Source: Eubacteriales bacterium (GTDB taxonomy: Bacteria > Bacillota > Clostridia > Oscillospirales > CAG-272). From it: 64,000 nt of DNA. A program made the translations under genes and the position numbers. Below the pieces are notes generated by a model. That model made no database searches. It saw nothing but the letters and a program-made list of their open reading frames with translations, and was not told the DNA's origin. Where the stretch lies: positions 35,506-99,505 of the forward strand of contig JAZNCH010000002.1 in assembly GCA_045587445.1 (NCBI GenBank). The letters run 5' to 3'. Shown here one piece after another: positions 1 to 10,045 of this stretch; the first letter of the stretch is position 1; every line of letters starts with the position of its first letter.

Positions 1-1745
1 GACACCTTGTATACGAAATTGACGCCTTGGGCGGTGAAATGGGATATGCCGCTGACCTCGTTACATTGCAGACGAGAACCCTTAACTTAGGCAAGGGGCC
101 TGCGGTTCATTCGAAGAGAATTCAAGCCGATAGAATTAAATACCGCGAAATTATGAAAAGAACTATTGAAAACACGCCTAATCTTTCGTTGGTGCAGGCT
201 GAAATAGTTGATTTTGAAACCGAAAGTATTGACGGTGTAAAACATATTTCCTCGGTTATAACAAAAATGGGTGCCGTTTGGAAAGTTCGCGCTGCTATTG
301 TTTGTGCTGGTACGTTTTTAAACAGTAGAGTTATTACGGGCGAATGTGCGTATGAATCAGGTCCCGACGGTATGTTACCCGCCAAGGGCTTTACTGACGC
401 GCTTATAAGAGAAGATATTGAAATATACCGTTTTAAAACGGGTACACCGCCAAGAGTCCACGCAGATACCGTTGACCTCGAATCTCTTGAAATCCAAAAC
501 GGAGACGAAAATACTCTCCCTTTTTCTGCAAGAACCAATTCGGAAGAATACAAAAATAGGGACCAAATTCCTTGCAGAATAGTATATACATCTAAAGAAA
601 CACACGATATTATAAAATCAAACCTCGACCGCTCACCTCTTTATTCAGGAGAAATAAAGGGGACCGGTCCCCGTTACTGCCCAAGCATTGAAGACAAAGT
701 CGTAAGATTTGCCGACAAGGAACGTCATCAGCTTTTTGTTGAACCTTGCGGAAAAGATACCAAAGAGCTTTATATACAAGGCTTTTCCTCGTCTTTACCC
801 GAAGAAGTACAAATAAAAATGCTTCACTCACTCAAGGGCTTTGAAAATGCCCAAATGATGAGAACTGCATACGCTATTGAATACGATTGTATTAACCCTA
901 CACAGCTTTATCCTACGCTTGAATTTAAGTCTATATCGGGACTTTACGGCGCAGGTCAGTTCAATGGCACAAGCGGTTACGAAGAAGCAGCCGCGCAAGG
1001 TCTTGTCGCAGGTATTAATGCAGTTCTAAAGATTCAAAACAAGGAACCGCTTATTCTCACACGCGATTCCTCTTACATAGGAACACTCATAGACGACATC
1101 GTAACCAAGGGCACAAACGAGCCCTATAGAATTATGACCTCCCGTTCGGAATACAGGCTTCTTTTGAGACAGGACAACGCAGACACAAGACTTACTCCCA
1201 TGGGATACAAGCTTGGACTTATCAGCCAAGAAAGATACGATAAATATATTGAAAAACAAAAACAAATTGAAGCAGAAGTATACAGAGTAAGCAAAGTCAC
1301 AATTCCTCCCACAGATAAGCTTAATAAAATACTTGAAGAAAACGGCACAACTCCCGTTACTACAGGCGTAAGACTTTCTGAACTTTTGCGCCGTCCGCAG
1401 TTAAGCTACACTTCTCTTGCAGATGTTGATATATCACGTCCTAACTTGCCTCTTGAAATAATTAGTTGCGCAGAAGTTATTATAAAATACGACGGATATA
1501 TAAAAAGACAGCTTGCGGAAGTTGAAAAATTCTCAAAGACAGAGGCTATTAAGCTTCCTAAAAATATCGATTACAACGAAATAAAGGGACTGCGCATTGA
1601 AGCAAGACAAAAGCTTAACAAAATTAAACCCGAAAACATCGGACAAGCATCGAGAATAAGCGGCGTTAGTCCGGCTGATATTACGGTATTGCTTATCTAC
1701 AGCCAACAAAAACGCAGATATAACGGAGAAAATACTAATGACTGA
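1..1745 (+). CDS. mnmG: tRNA uridine 5-carboxymethylaminomethyl modification enzyme MnmG/GidA (5' end cut by window edge)
   Basis: The reading frame is open to the window edge (HLVYEIDALGGEMG...). GidA-family motifs run throughout, and the C-terminus reads GQASRISGVSPADI. An ATGACTGA overlap joins it to the next gene. Confidence 0.95.
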   Translation, partial: HLVYEIDALGGEMGYAADLVTLQTRTLNLGKGPAVHSKRIQADRIKYREIMKRTIENTPNLSLVQAEIVDFETESIDGVKHISSVITKMGAVWKVRAAIVCAGTFLNSRVITGECAYESGPDGMLPAKGFTDALIREDIEIYRFKTGTPPRVHADTVDLESLEIQNGDENTLPFSARTNSEEYKNRDQIPCRIVYTSKETHDIIKSNLDRSPLYSGEIKGTGPRYCPSIEDKVVRFADKERHQLFVEPCGKDTKELYIQGFSSSLPEEVQIKMLHSLKGFENAQMMRTAYAIEYDCINPTQLYPTLEFKSISGLYGAGQFNGTSGYEEAAAQGLVAGINAVLKIQNKEPLILTRDSSYIGTLIDDIVTKGTNEPYRIMTSRSEYRLLLRQDNADTRLTPMGYKLGLISQERYDKYIEKQKQIEAEVYRVSKVTIPPTDKLNKILEENGTTPVTTGVRLSELLRRPQLSYTSLADVDISRPNLPLEIISCAEVIIKYDGYIKRQLAEVEKFSKTEAIKLPKNIDYNEIKGLRIEARQKLNKIKPENIGQASRISGVSPADITVLLIYSQQKRRYNGENTND

Positions 1746-2463
1746 TTACAGCGTTTTAATAAAAAACGTCTTTACGGCAAACGGACTTGATTCTTTGCTT
1801 AATGCTTTGGTTATTGAAAAACTGAACGTTTTGATTGACCGAATGACCTCGGTAAATGAAAATATGAATCTGACGGCAATAACAGACGCCGAAGATATTA
1901 TTTTAAAACACATTGCAGACTCTGCAACCATTATAAAATATGTTCCTCAAAATGCTCGTTTGCTCGACGTAGGCACCGGCGGCGGTTTTCCCGCACTCCC
2001 TGTCGCTATTATACGTCCCGACGTTTCAGTTTACGCCTTGGACAGTACGGCAAAAAAATTAAAGTATATTAACGACACTGCAGAATTACTTGGACTTAAT
2101 AATTTAAAAACCGTTAACGGACGTGCTGAAGAGCTTGGGAAAAGCGTTAACTACAGAGAAAAATTTGACGTTGTAACCGCAAGAGCCGTTTCAGCACTTA
2201 ACATACTATCCGAACTATGTGTTCCGTTTGTAAAAATGGGCGGTCTGTTTATCTCTATGAAAGGCAGTTCAGCAGAAGAGGAAATATCTTTGGCAAAGAG
2301 CGGTATAATCCAGCTTGGCGGAGAAAAATTCCAAGACAATAAATTCACTTTGAGTTATTGCGACAAAGAACTTCAAAGACATCTTGTTATTTCCAAAAAG
2401 CAAAAAAACACTCCCCCCTCCTTCCCCAGAATGTATAACCGTATAGCAAAAAAGCCCTTATAA
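1738..2463 (+). CDS. rsmG: 16S rRNA (guanine527-N7)-methyltransferase RsmG/GidB
   Basis: 241 aa with SAM-binding motif LLDVGTGGGFPALPVAI. It sits in the canonical position directly after mnmG. Confidence 0.9.
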   Translation: MTDYSVLIKNVFTANGLDSLLNALVIEKLNVLIDRMTSVNENMNLTAITDAEDIILKHIADSATIIKYVPQNARLLDVGTGGGFPALPVAIIRPDVSVYALDSTAKKLKYINDTAELLGLNNLKTVNGRAEELGKSVNYREKFDVVTARAVSALNILSELCVPFVKMGGLFISMKGSSAEEEISLAKSGIIQLGGEKFQDNKFTLSYCDKELQRHLVISKKQKNTPPSFPRMYNRIAKKPL

Positions 2464-2492
2464 CAATTGTATTTTTCACAATAATTTATATT

Positions 2493-2536
2493 ACAAGAAT
2501 AACCTTTGTTTTCTTAGGTTTATTCTTGTTTTTTTA
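2493..2536 (+). terminator. intrinsic terminator after rsmG
   Basis: A 12-bp stem, acaagaataacc/ggtt(t)attcttgt, is followed by T7. Confidence 0.8.
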
Positions 2537-2646
2537 TTTTCATTTACAAAACAAATTTTTTTCCGCCAACTTGTTTTGATTAATTATTTAATTTATCTGT
2601 GTTATTATTTTATTTACAAAGAATTATAAAATAAAAGGAGATAAAA

Positions 2647-3486
2647 ATGAATTTAGTTTACAAAGAAAAAGACCAGAAGAATGATTGCCATAACTTTTCC
2701 GGAAGAGTATGTATGATTTCAACGGACAAGCTCTTCCCCAATCCATCGCAACCCAGATTTATTTTTGAAGACGAGCCTCTACTTCGCCTTGCAGACAGCA
2801 TACGACGTTTTGGCATTCTTCAACCGCTTTCGGTAAGACCTTCGCGCAATCCCGAGGGTGATATACAAGCTTATCAAATTATAGCAGGAGAAAGGCGGTG
2901 GCGTGCAGCAAGAATTTTAGGATTTGAGTGTGTCCCATGCCTCATTCTCGATATTGACAATCAAAGCTCTGCCGAATTAGCACTAATTGAAAACATACAA
3001 AGAGAAGACTTAAATATTTTTGAACAAGCCGCCGCAATCGCATCCCTTATTGATATTTACGGTCTAACACAAGAACAAGCGGCACGACAGCTCTCATCAA
3101 GCCAAGCATACATAGCTAATAAACTTCGAATTTTAAAACTCACGCCCAAAGAACGCGCACAAATCATCAAAAACAAACTCACCGAAAGACACGCAAGAGC
3201 ATTATTGCGAATTGACAATCCCGAAGCTCGACTCGAGGCCATTTCACACATTGCCGCAAAAGAATTAAACGTAAGTGCGACGGAACGTTATATTGACGCA
3301 TTACTCGCCGAACAGCAAGTCTCAAAATGCACGATAAAACCTTATCTAAAAGACCTGCGTTTTTTCTATAACTCGGTAGACAAAGCAACATCTATTTTAA
3401 AAGATTGCGGATTTGACGTTGTTACCGAAAGAAACGAGCTGCCCTCGGAGACTCTTATAACAATACACATACCTCACAAAACCTAA
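2647..3486 (+). CDS. ParB-family protein, Noc-like paralogue
   Basis: 279 aa with ParB box IIAGERRWRAARILG and HTH LTQEQAARQLSSSQAYIANKLRIL. GGAG lies 7 nt before the ATG. It occupies the rsmG-[noc]-soj slot seen in Bacillus. Confidence 0.7.
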   Translation: MNLVYKEKDQKNDCHNFSGRVCMISTDKLFPNPSQPRFIFEDEPLLRLADSIRRFGILQPLSVRPSRNPEGDIQAYQIIAGERRWRAARILGFECVPCLILDIDNQSSAELALIENIQREDLNIFEQAAAIASLIDIYGLTQEQAARQLSSSQAYIANKLRILKLTPKERAQIIKNKLTERHARALLRIDNPEARLEAISHIAAKELNVSATERYIDALLAEQQVSKCTIKPYLKDLRFFYNSVDKATSILKDCGFDVVTERNELPSETLITIHIPHKT

Positions 3487-3495
3487 TCTCCACAA

Positions 3496-3511
3496 TGTTT
3501 CACGTGAAACA
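3496..3511. promoter_or_regulatory. parS site, perfect 16-bp palindrome TGTTTCACGTGAAACA
   Basis: Exact match to the Firmicute parS consensus. It lies 10 bp after the noc-like stop codon. Confidence 0.9.
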
Positions 3512-3533
3512 ATATTTTCCCTCAAGAAGAAAA

Positions 3534-3549
3534 TGTTTCACGTGGAACA
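3534..3549. promoter_or_regulatory. parS site, one mismatch (TGTTTCACGTGGAACA)
   Basis: 15/16 match to the consensus. It lies 38 bp from the first site. Confidence 0.8.
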
Positions 3550-3599
3550 TTTGTATTATTATAAATATGTAAATAATTCTCCTATAGCTCCCTTTTTGG

Positions 3600-3628
3600 T
3601 TGACAATCGGGCATTCAACTGTTATAAT
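3600..3628 (+). promoter_or_regulatory. sigma-A-type promoter of soj-spo0J (TTGACA-17-TATAAT)
   Basis: Both hexamers are perfect and the spacer is 17 bp. It lies 33 bp upstream of the soj start. Confidence 0.65.
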
Positions 3629-3660
3629 TAATAAAGCAACGACAAAAGGAGAAGATAACA

Positions 3661-4425
3661 GTGGGCAGAATTATAACCCTCGCAAACCAAAAAGGCGGAG
3701 TTGGAAAAACCACGTCAACCGTAAACATAGCCGCAGAAGCCGGCCTCGCCGGAAAGAAGGTTTTGCTCGTAGATAATGACCCTCAGGGTAACGCAACAAG
3801 CGCCGTAGGTCTTTTCAATAAAAAGAATCTTACACATTCTACATATTCTACGATTATTGAACCCGACACCGTTCGTTTGTCTATTCATAAAACGGCATTT
3901 GAAAATCTAGACGTTATGCCCTCAAACATTAATCTTGCAGGCGCAGAAATAGAGATAATTGAATTTAGCGACAGACACAAGAGATTAAAAAATGCGCTCG
4001 ACCAAATAAAAGACGAATACGACTACATATTTATCGACTGCCCCCCAACACTCGGACTTTTGACCGTTAACGCGCTCGTCGCATCAGATGGAATTATCAT
4101 TCCTATGCAGTGCGAATACTTTGCGCTTGAGGGATTGGCGCAGTTGTCGGTATCTATAAAAAAAGTTAAACAGATGTACAACCCCAAGCTTGAGCTTGTA
4201 GGTATATTGATTACTATGTACAACGGAAGACTGAACTTGTCCTTACAGGTAATGTCGGAATTGAAAAAATATTATTCCGATAAGCTCTTCAAAACGGTCA
4301 TTGCACGAAACGTAAGATTGAGCGAAGCTCCAAGCTACGGAAAACCAATAAAGTATTTTGACAAACACTCCAAGGGTTCGCAGGCTTACGCAGAAGTAAC
4401 ACAAGAAATTTTTGAAAGAATTTAA
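3661..4425 (+). CDS. soj: chromosome-partitioning ATPase ParA/Soj
   Basis: GTG start. Deviant Walker A LANQKGGVGKTTST. The ParA fold is recognisable along the whole length. Confidence 0.9.
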   Translation: MGRIITLANQKGGVGKTTSTVNIAAEAGLAGKKVLLVDNDPQGNATSAVGLFNKKNLTHSTYSTIIEPDTVRLSIHKTAFENLDVMPSNINLAGAEIEIIEFSDRHKRLKNALDQIKDEYDYIFIDCPPTLGLLTVNALVASDGIIIPMQCEYFALEGLAQLSVSIKKVKQMYNPKLELVGILITMYNGRLNLSLQVMSELKKYYSDKLFKTVIARNVRLSEAPSYGKPIKYFDKHSKGSQAYAEVTQEIFERI

Positions 4426-4441
4426 AACTAAGAGGATCATT

Positions 4442-5323
4442 ATGGCTAAAGAAAAAGGCTCCGGAAGAGGTCTTGACGCGATTTTTATAGACAACTATGA
4501 AATTGAAGACTCTTCATCAGACAAAATAACAACACTTAGATTGAGCGAAATTGAACCCGAACCAACACAGCCACGCTCGATTTTTGAACATGAACCACTG
4601 GAAGAGCTTGCATCTTCAATTGCAACTCACGGTCTTTTGCAACCAATTATTGTAAGAGAGGGCAAAAACGGTTATTACCGAATAGTTGCAGGCGAAAGAC
4701 GTTGGAGAGCTTCAAAAATGGCAGGACTTGCAGAAGTTCCTGTTATTATAATAAAAGCAGACGACAGAAAAGCCGCAGAATTGTCTTTGATTGAAAACCT
4801 CCAAAGAGAAAACCTTAACGCTTTGGAAGAAGCAGAGGCTTATAAAGCACTTATTGACGAGTACAACCTCACCCAAGAGGAAGTTTCTTCCAGAATTGGA
4901 AAAAGTAGGTCAGCTATATCCAATACAATGCGATTACTTAATCTCCCCAACACCGTACTACAGCTTATAAAAGAAAAAAAGCTTACCGCAGGACATGCAA
5001 GAGCACTTCTCGGACTTAATGACAGTGCCCTTATATGCACAGTTGCAGAAAAAGCCGTCGCAAAAGCTCTTTCAGTAAGACAAGTTGAAGCTTTAGTCGA
5101 TTCTTTAAACGGAAAAACCAAAAAGACCGCTTTAACACCACCAAGCGTTGTTGAAGTAGACTACGTTGCAGAGCTCGAAAAAAGAGTTACCGAGCAAATG
5201 GGCAGACTTTTCAAGATACACACAAAAGGAAAACGCAAAAAAATTGAAATCGAATACAGCGACGAACGCGATTTGGAAAACATAATTAAAAAACTTTGCG
5301 GAAATACTTTTTTTGAAGATTGA
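4442..5323 (+). CDS. spo0J: chromosome-partitioning protein ParB/Spo0J
   Basis: The ORF track starts at 4412, but the ATG at 4442 (MAKEKGSGRGLDAI) is preceded by AGAGGA. Motifs IVAGERRWRASKMAG and an HTH are present. Confidence 0.9.
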   Translation: MAKEKGSGRGLDAIFIDNYEIEDSSSDKITTLRLSEIEPEPTQPRSIFEHEPLEELASSIATHGLLQPIIVREGKNGYYRIVAGERRWRASKMAGLAEVPVIIIKADDRKAAELSLIENLQRENLNALEEAEAYKALIDEYNLTQEEVSSRIGKSRSAISNTMRLLNLPNTVLQLIKEKKLTAGHARALLGLNDSALICTVAEKAVAKALSVRQVEALVDSLNGKTKKTALTPPSVVEVDYVAELEKRVTEQMGRLFKIHTKGKRKKIEIEYSDERDLENIIKKLCGNTFFED

Positions 5324-5371
5324 CACCTTGATTTTGCATAATTTCAGTATATAATAATTGAGGTAAAATAT

Positions 5372-5833
5372 ATGATTCTCCCCGATTTTTCTTATTTTGT
5401 TGACTACCAAAGGTCGTCCTTGACTATGATAGTTTCTTCTTTTCTTATAGGAATAATAATTGCATCTGCTGCTGCACTTTATAGACAACTTTTCCTTGGA
5501 AGCATAGTACGTAATATTATAAAAAAGAAAGCTTTTTCCGAAGATACAGCTCTTACACTTGAAGAACTTGGATACAACCCCAAAAATATTTTTTATAAAT
5601 TTGCATTCAGAACCAATTCAACCTTTAAAAAAACAGTTCACAGAACAGCAGAACAACCTGCACGCTATTATATCCCAGAGATAATAAAAGACAGAGAAGA
5701 AATAAGATACCGCAAAAAAGGAAACGATTTTTTGGGTATTATTCTTGCTGTAATTGTGTTTGCAGCCGTAGCTCTCGTTTCTCTTACACTAATTCCATGG
5801 TTTAAAGACGCATTATCCAATATTTTTTCTTAA
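5372..5833 (+). CDS. hypothetical membrane protein
   Basis: 153 aa. Hydrophobic helices near both ends flank a basic soluble segment. A GAGG RBS is present. I recognise no family. Confidence 0.55.
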   Translation: MILPDFSYFVDYQRSSLTMIVSSFLIGIIIASAAALYRQLFLGSIVRNIIKKKAFSEDTALTLEELGYNPKNIFYKFAFRTNSTFKKTVHRTAEQPARYYIPEIIKDREEIRYRKKGNDFLGIILAVIVFAAVALVSLTLIPWFKDALSNIFS

Positions 5834-5854
5834 TTTTTTTAAGAGGTAATTAAT

Positions 5855-6688
5855 ATGAACAACAAAACTCAATCAACCAGACGCCCTCCGGTTAGAAGAA
5901 AACAAAAGAAAGTTAACAAGACCGGCAGACTTTTGCTCGTTATGGTAATAGCATCGCTCATTTTGGTAGGAATTATCTGCCTCGCGGGATATATTATAGG
6001 GTACAGATACGTCAAAGTTGAAACCAATTACGGCACACTTAAATATTTTGGTACAGTAAGTTCAGACGGTACACTGAAAAACGGCACCATCTATTTCTCA
6101 AACGGAAACAGAGGAAAAGTTGACGGTCAAAACAGCACCATAACATATACAAACGGCGACAAATATACCGGCGGTCTTTCAAAACTCCAAAGAAACGGCA
6201 GAGGTATATACAAATATGCTAACGGCGACGTTTACGAGGGCAATTTCGAAAACAATAAGTTTTCGGGATTCGGCATCTACAAATACAAAAACGGCGACGT
6301 TTACGAGGGCAATTACAAAAACGGACTTATGGACGGAAGCGGCACTTACACTTGGGCTGACGGAACGACCTACTCAGGTGATTTTAGAGATAATATGCGC
6401 AACGGACTCGGTAAGCTTACAATTTCCGAAAATTACTACTACGAAGGCAGTTACGTAAACAACGCAAAAGAGGGCAAAGGTAAATACGTCTTTGAGAACG
6501 GCGACATTTATGAGGGCGATTATAAGAACGACGTTCGCACAGGTAACGGTACTTACACTTGGCCAAACGGCGAAAGCTATACGGGACAATTCGTAAACAA
6601 CGACATGCACGGCTATGGTAAATATACCTGGCCAAGCGGTAGAGTATATGAAGGAAACTTCTATCAAGGTCAAATAGCAGTTCAATAA
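5855..6688 (+). CDS. membrane-anchored MORN-repeat protein
   Basis: A basic N-terminus and one TM helix are followed by about 9 tandem 23-aa MORN-type repeats (YxGxxxxGxxxGxG). An exact 25-nt DNA repeat, aacggcgacgtttacgagggcaatt, occurs at 6221 and 6290 (69-bp period). Confidence 0.8.
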   Translation: MNNKTQSTRRPPVRRKQKKVNKTGRLLLVMVIASLILVGIICLAGYIIGYRYVKVETNYGTLKYFGTVSSDGTLKNGTIYFSNGNRGKVDGQNSTITYTNGDKYTGGLSKLQRNGRGIYKYANGDVYEGNFENNKFSGFGIYKYKNGDVYEGNYKNGLMDGSGTYTWADGTTYSGDFRDNMRNGLGKLTISENYYYEGSYVNNAKEGKGKYVFENGDIYEGDYKNDVRTGNGTYTWPNGESYTGQFVNNDMHGYGKYTWPSGRVYEGNFYQGQIAVQ

Positions 6689-6708
6689 AAACACAAAAGG
6701 GGCTGAGT

Positions 6709-9700
6709 TCAATGACTCAGCCTCTTTGATTTTGCCCTCCGTCTCCACACCAATATTATAAGAGACACAAGAATTATTAAAGATAAAACAGGGTACAAAT
6801 AACGTCTTAAGACAACTATTACTTCATCATCATTATCGGTAGAATCGTTAAATTCAAAAAGCTGTGCATCGGTATAATCACACGATAAACATTCAATTGA
6901 AGATATAAGCGCCTGCGGACTGTCATAATAGTTTTCTTCTGCCCTAAACAAAATTTGAATTGAATCAACCTTGTCAATCCCCGAAAATGCCGAAAAATCG
7001 CAGTATATTTCAGTCCAAACAGCTTTTTTTACTCTGCCTGTCATTTCATAAACATCATTCCCCGACATCAAAGACACAGTTATTTGAGAATAGTTAACGT
7101 TAGTAGGCAAGGATGCAATATTCAAGCCAAAATGAAGTATGGGAGATTTCGATAAATCAAACGGCTCGTCAAACATTTTGACTATTCCGCGCGACTCACC
7201 CTCAGGAACATCGCCCAAGGTTAATGAAATTAAATCTTTTTTATCGAAAAAAGTATATCCGGCAGTCAATCTTTCAGTGAAGCCGTAACGTTTCCAACCG
7301 TCGTTATTTGCAGAGAAGTTCGAAAAAATTATTTTTCCTTTTGTGTCGGGTTCAGTAAACATAATTATTCCCGAAGTTATATTTCTTCTGATAATATTCT
7401 TGTTTGAAAAACTTTCGATAACACTTTCCCACGTTGCAACACCGAGCATTTCCGAAACAAAACCGCTTGCAGTCATAGACAAACTCGTATCTACGTACTT
7501 CATAGCATCGTTGTAATTACAGCTACGGTCTGTAATATACGCCGACACCAACGTATTCAACGCTCTGTAGCAATTATAAACGTAGTCCGCCGTTATCTCT
7601 TCCTCACTCATATTGGCAAATATGCTTTCCTCAATTATTATATAATCTCTCGAAGAATTGTTATACAACAACGCCGGGGATTTAAGGTAGTTAACCATAA
7701 CTCCGATATTTTTAAATCCTACTCTGTCAGCAAAATACTCGTCTTTGAGTTCTGTATCTTTATAAGAAAAATAATCTTCTTTATAATTCGGATAAGGATT
7801 GTGCGCCAATCCCCACGCAATATCCCCCATTGAAGTTATATAACCGTCCAAGGAATCAAGAAAAGCCTTGTTGTCGTATCTTGTATATAAATCAAACGGC
7901 AATCCCTTATTCCAATTTGAGTCAACAAACGTATAAACCCTAACATAAGGAAAATACGACCGCGCCGCATTGTATATGGTGCGAAGTCCGTTAGCATACA
8001 AAGATACAAAATCCATCAGAATCTTGTTTCCCATATTGTAGTTATTTTGGGAATTTGCTACCTGATCACCAAAAACAAAACGGGTTATTTCTCCATTCAC
8101 GCAATATCTTGATGCAAAAAATTCGGTTATTGCACGAAGGTATGTCAATCCTTGTCTGTCCGCCGTATTATACGCACAATACTCCGAATCGAGCTCGGCA
8201 TCCTTGTGTATCAACACTCGGTTTAAAGCATCGTTCCCCGTATCCGAAACAACAAACACTACCGTAACGTCAATATCTTTTTCGGCATAATTTTTTATCA
8301 TCGTGCTTAAAGCACCAAAATATTCGGTATTATAGTAGAATAAGTTTCCGCCGCACTCAAATTTTCCGCCTCCGCTTTCTTCCGCTTCAAAAAACTTGCC
8401 TATATCCACCCAAACAGCCGTATCAGATGCTCCAACCTCTTGCATAAACGATATACTCGTACCTCTCACACCCTTACCGCTTCGTTTGGCGGGGGCAGTA
8501 ATCTCTTCTTTTACGTAGCTTTCCGGGTTAGTTATGCATTTCGAGGTTGAAATAACCGTAAAATCATCGTCAATTTTAAGTGCTGCTGTATATTTTTTGT
8601 ACAAAAACGCTCTCTCGTCCTTTGCTTTTCCGTAATCTATACGAAAAATAAAATCATCAAACGTTACATTTGTTTTCGCCAAAGGCTCCAAATTCAATAA
8701 ATCTTCTTCATTTATATTGTCGCAAAAATCATTTGCAAACAAATAAATTTCACCCACGCTGCTAATGTTATCCTTATTAACACTGCCTCGTATTATAATT
8801 TCTTCAGTCCCCGAGTTTAAAACGCAAGTATCAATTCCAATTTCATATTTATCATTTGACGAATATGCAGAACAAGGTGATATACCGTATATTCTAACAG
8901 TATCCATTTTTACACCCTCAAATATCAGGGCTATTTTTTGTATATTTCCTCCCTCTATCGGTAAATAAACCGAACAATAATTCTTGGCCGTATTTACCGT
9001 CTTATAACATTCCTCGACTAAGGCATTTTCGCCCCTCTTCACCAAAAGTCTAACGTTTTGACACAGTCCTTCAGTGTAAAAATCTACCTTTAGACTGTTT
9101 GCATCACCCATATTCTTGTAAACAAATCCCTCTGAATCAAGTCTTAATTCATCACCGACACCCTCAATTGAATGAACACCGTCTGAATATATGTTTGTTC
9201 CACCCATAACATCGTAATTCTCAGCCCCAACAGATGCACAGAAGTACGCACCAACCTTGTCCGACAATGTTATACTGTCTATATAATACTCAAAATCAGA
9301 CGATGGAACAACAGAATTCTCATAGCTGACGGCAATCTTTATCTTATTTATGCTCTTCCGGCTTTGCCACGTTGACACGTCAACAAATACACCATTCCAG
9401 CCCTCGCTTTCAATCTCGTCGGCAAAAACAAACATATCGGCATCCGAATACATCTCAATCCTTACACAATATTTCGCTTTTTCAACGTCAATACAATTCA
9501 TCGAAAGCATCATAACGGAATATAACGACAAATCAACGGGCTCTTGATACGTTTTTTCAATATAATATCTCTGTTCGCTTAAAGCATTATCAATTCTGAC
9601 TACCAGACTGCCGCCGTCAGTTAACGAACTAAAGGGAAAAGCCTTGATTTTTTCTGACAAAGTTACATTAACGTTAGCCATTTCGGAATCCCAACCTTCA

Positions 9701-9858
9701 TTTGTTTCGGAAAAATCGCTAAGAACTCCGCTTTCAACACTCTTTAATGAGAAAGGGCTTATATCGTGTATAACACGAGAATCCTCTGCTCCGTATATAG
9801 TAAGACACAGAGAAAATGCAACTACAACCACTATAAGCATAGCAAATATTTTTTTCAT
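6709..9858 (-). CDS. large secreted/surface protein, N-terminal signal peptide and C-terminal TM anchor; central region possibly glycoside-hydrolase-like (DUF5722-like)
   Basis: 1049 aa. The N-terminus MKKIFAMLIVVVVAFSLCLTIYGAED looks like a signal peptide. The C-terminus YPVLSLIILVSLIILVWRRRAKSKR looks like a TM helix with a basic tail. The central motif AWGLAHNPYP and surrounding sequence recall a TIM-barrel-like DUF; that assignment is from memory only. Confidence 0.6.
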   Translation of the reverse strand: MKKIFAMLIVVVVAFSLCLTIYGAEDSRVIHDISPFSLKSVESGVLSDFSETNEGWDSEMANVNVTLSEKIKAFPFSSLTDGGSLVVRIDNALSEQRYYIEKTYQEPVDLSLYSVMMLSMNCIDVEKAKYCVRIEMYSDADMFVFADEIESEGWNGVFVDVSTWQSRKSINKIKIAVSYENSVVPSSDFEYYIDSITLSDKVGAYFCASVGAENYDVMGGTNIYSDGVHSIEGVGDELRLDSEGFVYKNMGDANSLKVDFYTEGLCQNVRLLVKRGENALVEECYKTVNTAKNYCSVYLPIEGGNIQKIALIFEGVKMDTVRIYGISPCSAYSSNDKYEIGIDTCVLNSGTEEIIIRGSVNKDNISSVGEIYLFANDFCDNINEEDLLNLEPLAKTNVTFDDFIFRIDYGKAKDERAFLYKKYTAALKIDDDFTVISTSKCITNPESYVKEEITAPAKRSGKGVRGTSISFMQEVGASDTAVWVDIGKFFEAEESGGGKFECGGNLFYYNTEYFGALSTMIKNYAEKDIDVTVVFVVSDTGNDALNRVLIHKDAELDSEYCAYNTADRQGLTYLRAITEFFASRYCVNGEITRFVFGDQVANSQNNYNMGNKILMDFVSLYANGLRTIYNAARSYFPYVRVYTFVDSNWNKGLPFDLYTRYDNKAFLDSLDGYITSMGDIAWGLAHNPYPNYKEDYFSYKDTELKDEYFADRVGFKNIGVMVNYLKSPALLYNNSSRDYIIIEESIFANMSEEEITADYVYNCYRALNTLVSAYITDRSCNYNDAMKYVDTSLSMTASGFVSEMLGVATWESVIESFSNKNIIRRNITSGIIMFTEPDTKGKIIFSNFSANNDGWKRYGFTERLTAGYTFFDKKDLISLTLGDVPEGESRGIVKMFDEPFDLSKSPILHFGLNIASLPTNVNYSQITVSLMSGNDVYEMTGRVKKAVWTEIYCDFSAFSGIDKVDSIQILFRAEENYYDSPQALISSIECLSCDYTDAQLFEFNDSTDNDDEVIVVLRRYLYPVLSLIILVSLIILVWRRRAKSKRLSH

Positions 9859-9975
9859 GCAAACCCCTCCCTTTTTCGTTTTTTAACTTTACATAAATGA
9901 TACCACAGTTTTGCCCATAAATCAATACAAGGTTATTATTGAAAAAAAGATTTTTTGCAAATTATCTACTTGTTA

Positions 9976-10004
9976 TTGACAGTATTTTACAAAAGTAGTA
10001 TAAT
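9976..10004 (+). promoter_or_regulatory. sigma-A-type promoter (TTGACA-17-TATAAT) upstream of the DUF1846 gene
   Basis: Both hexamers are perfect and the spacer is 17 bp. Confidence 0.65.
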
Positions 10005-10045
10005 GATTAGTGTTTTAAATTTACATTGTATAGGAGTTGAAAGCT

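Noticed and set aside
6216-6748. Alternative-frame ORFs inside and opposite the MORN gene (6216..6458 +, 6374..6748 -, 6417..6635 -).
   Set aside because: They are created by the 69-bp periodic repeat structure of the MORN coding sequence. The MORN frame is the only one with a recognisable repeat motif, an RBS and a TM anchor.
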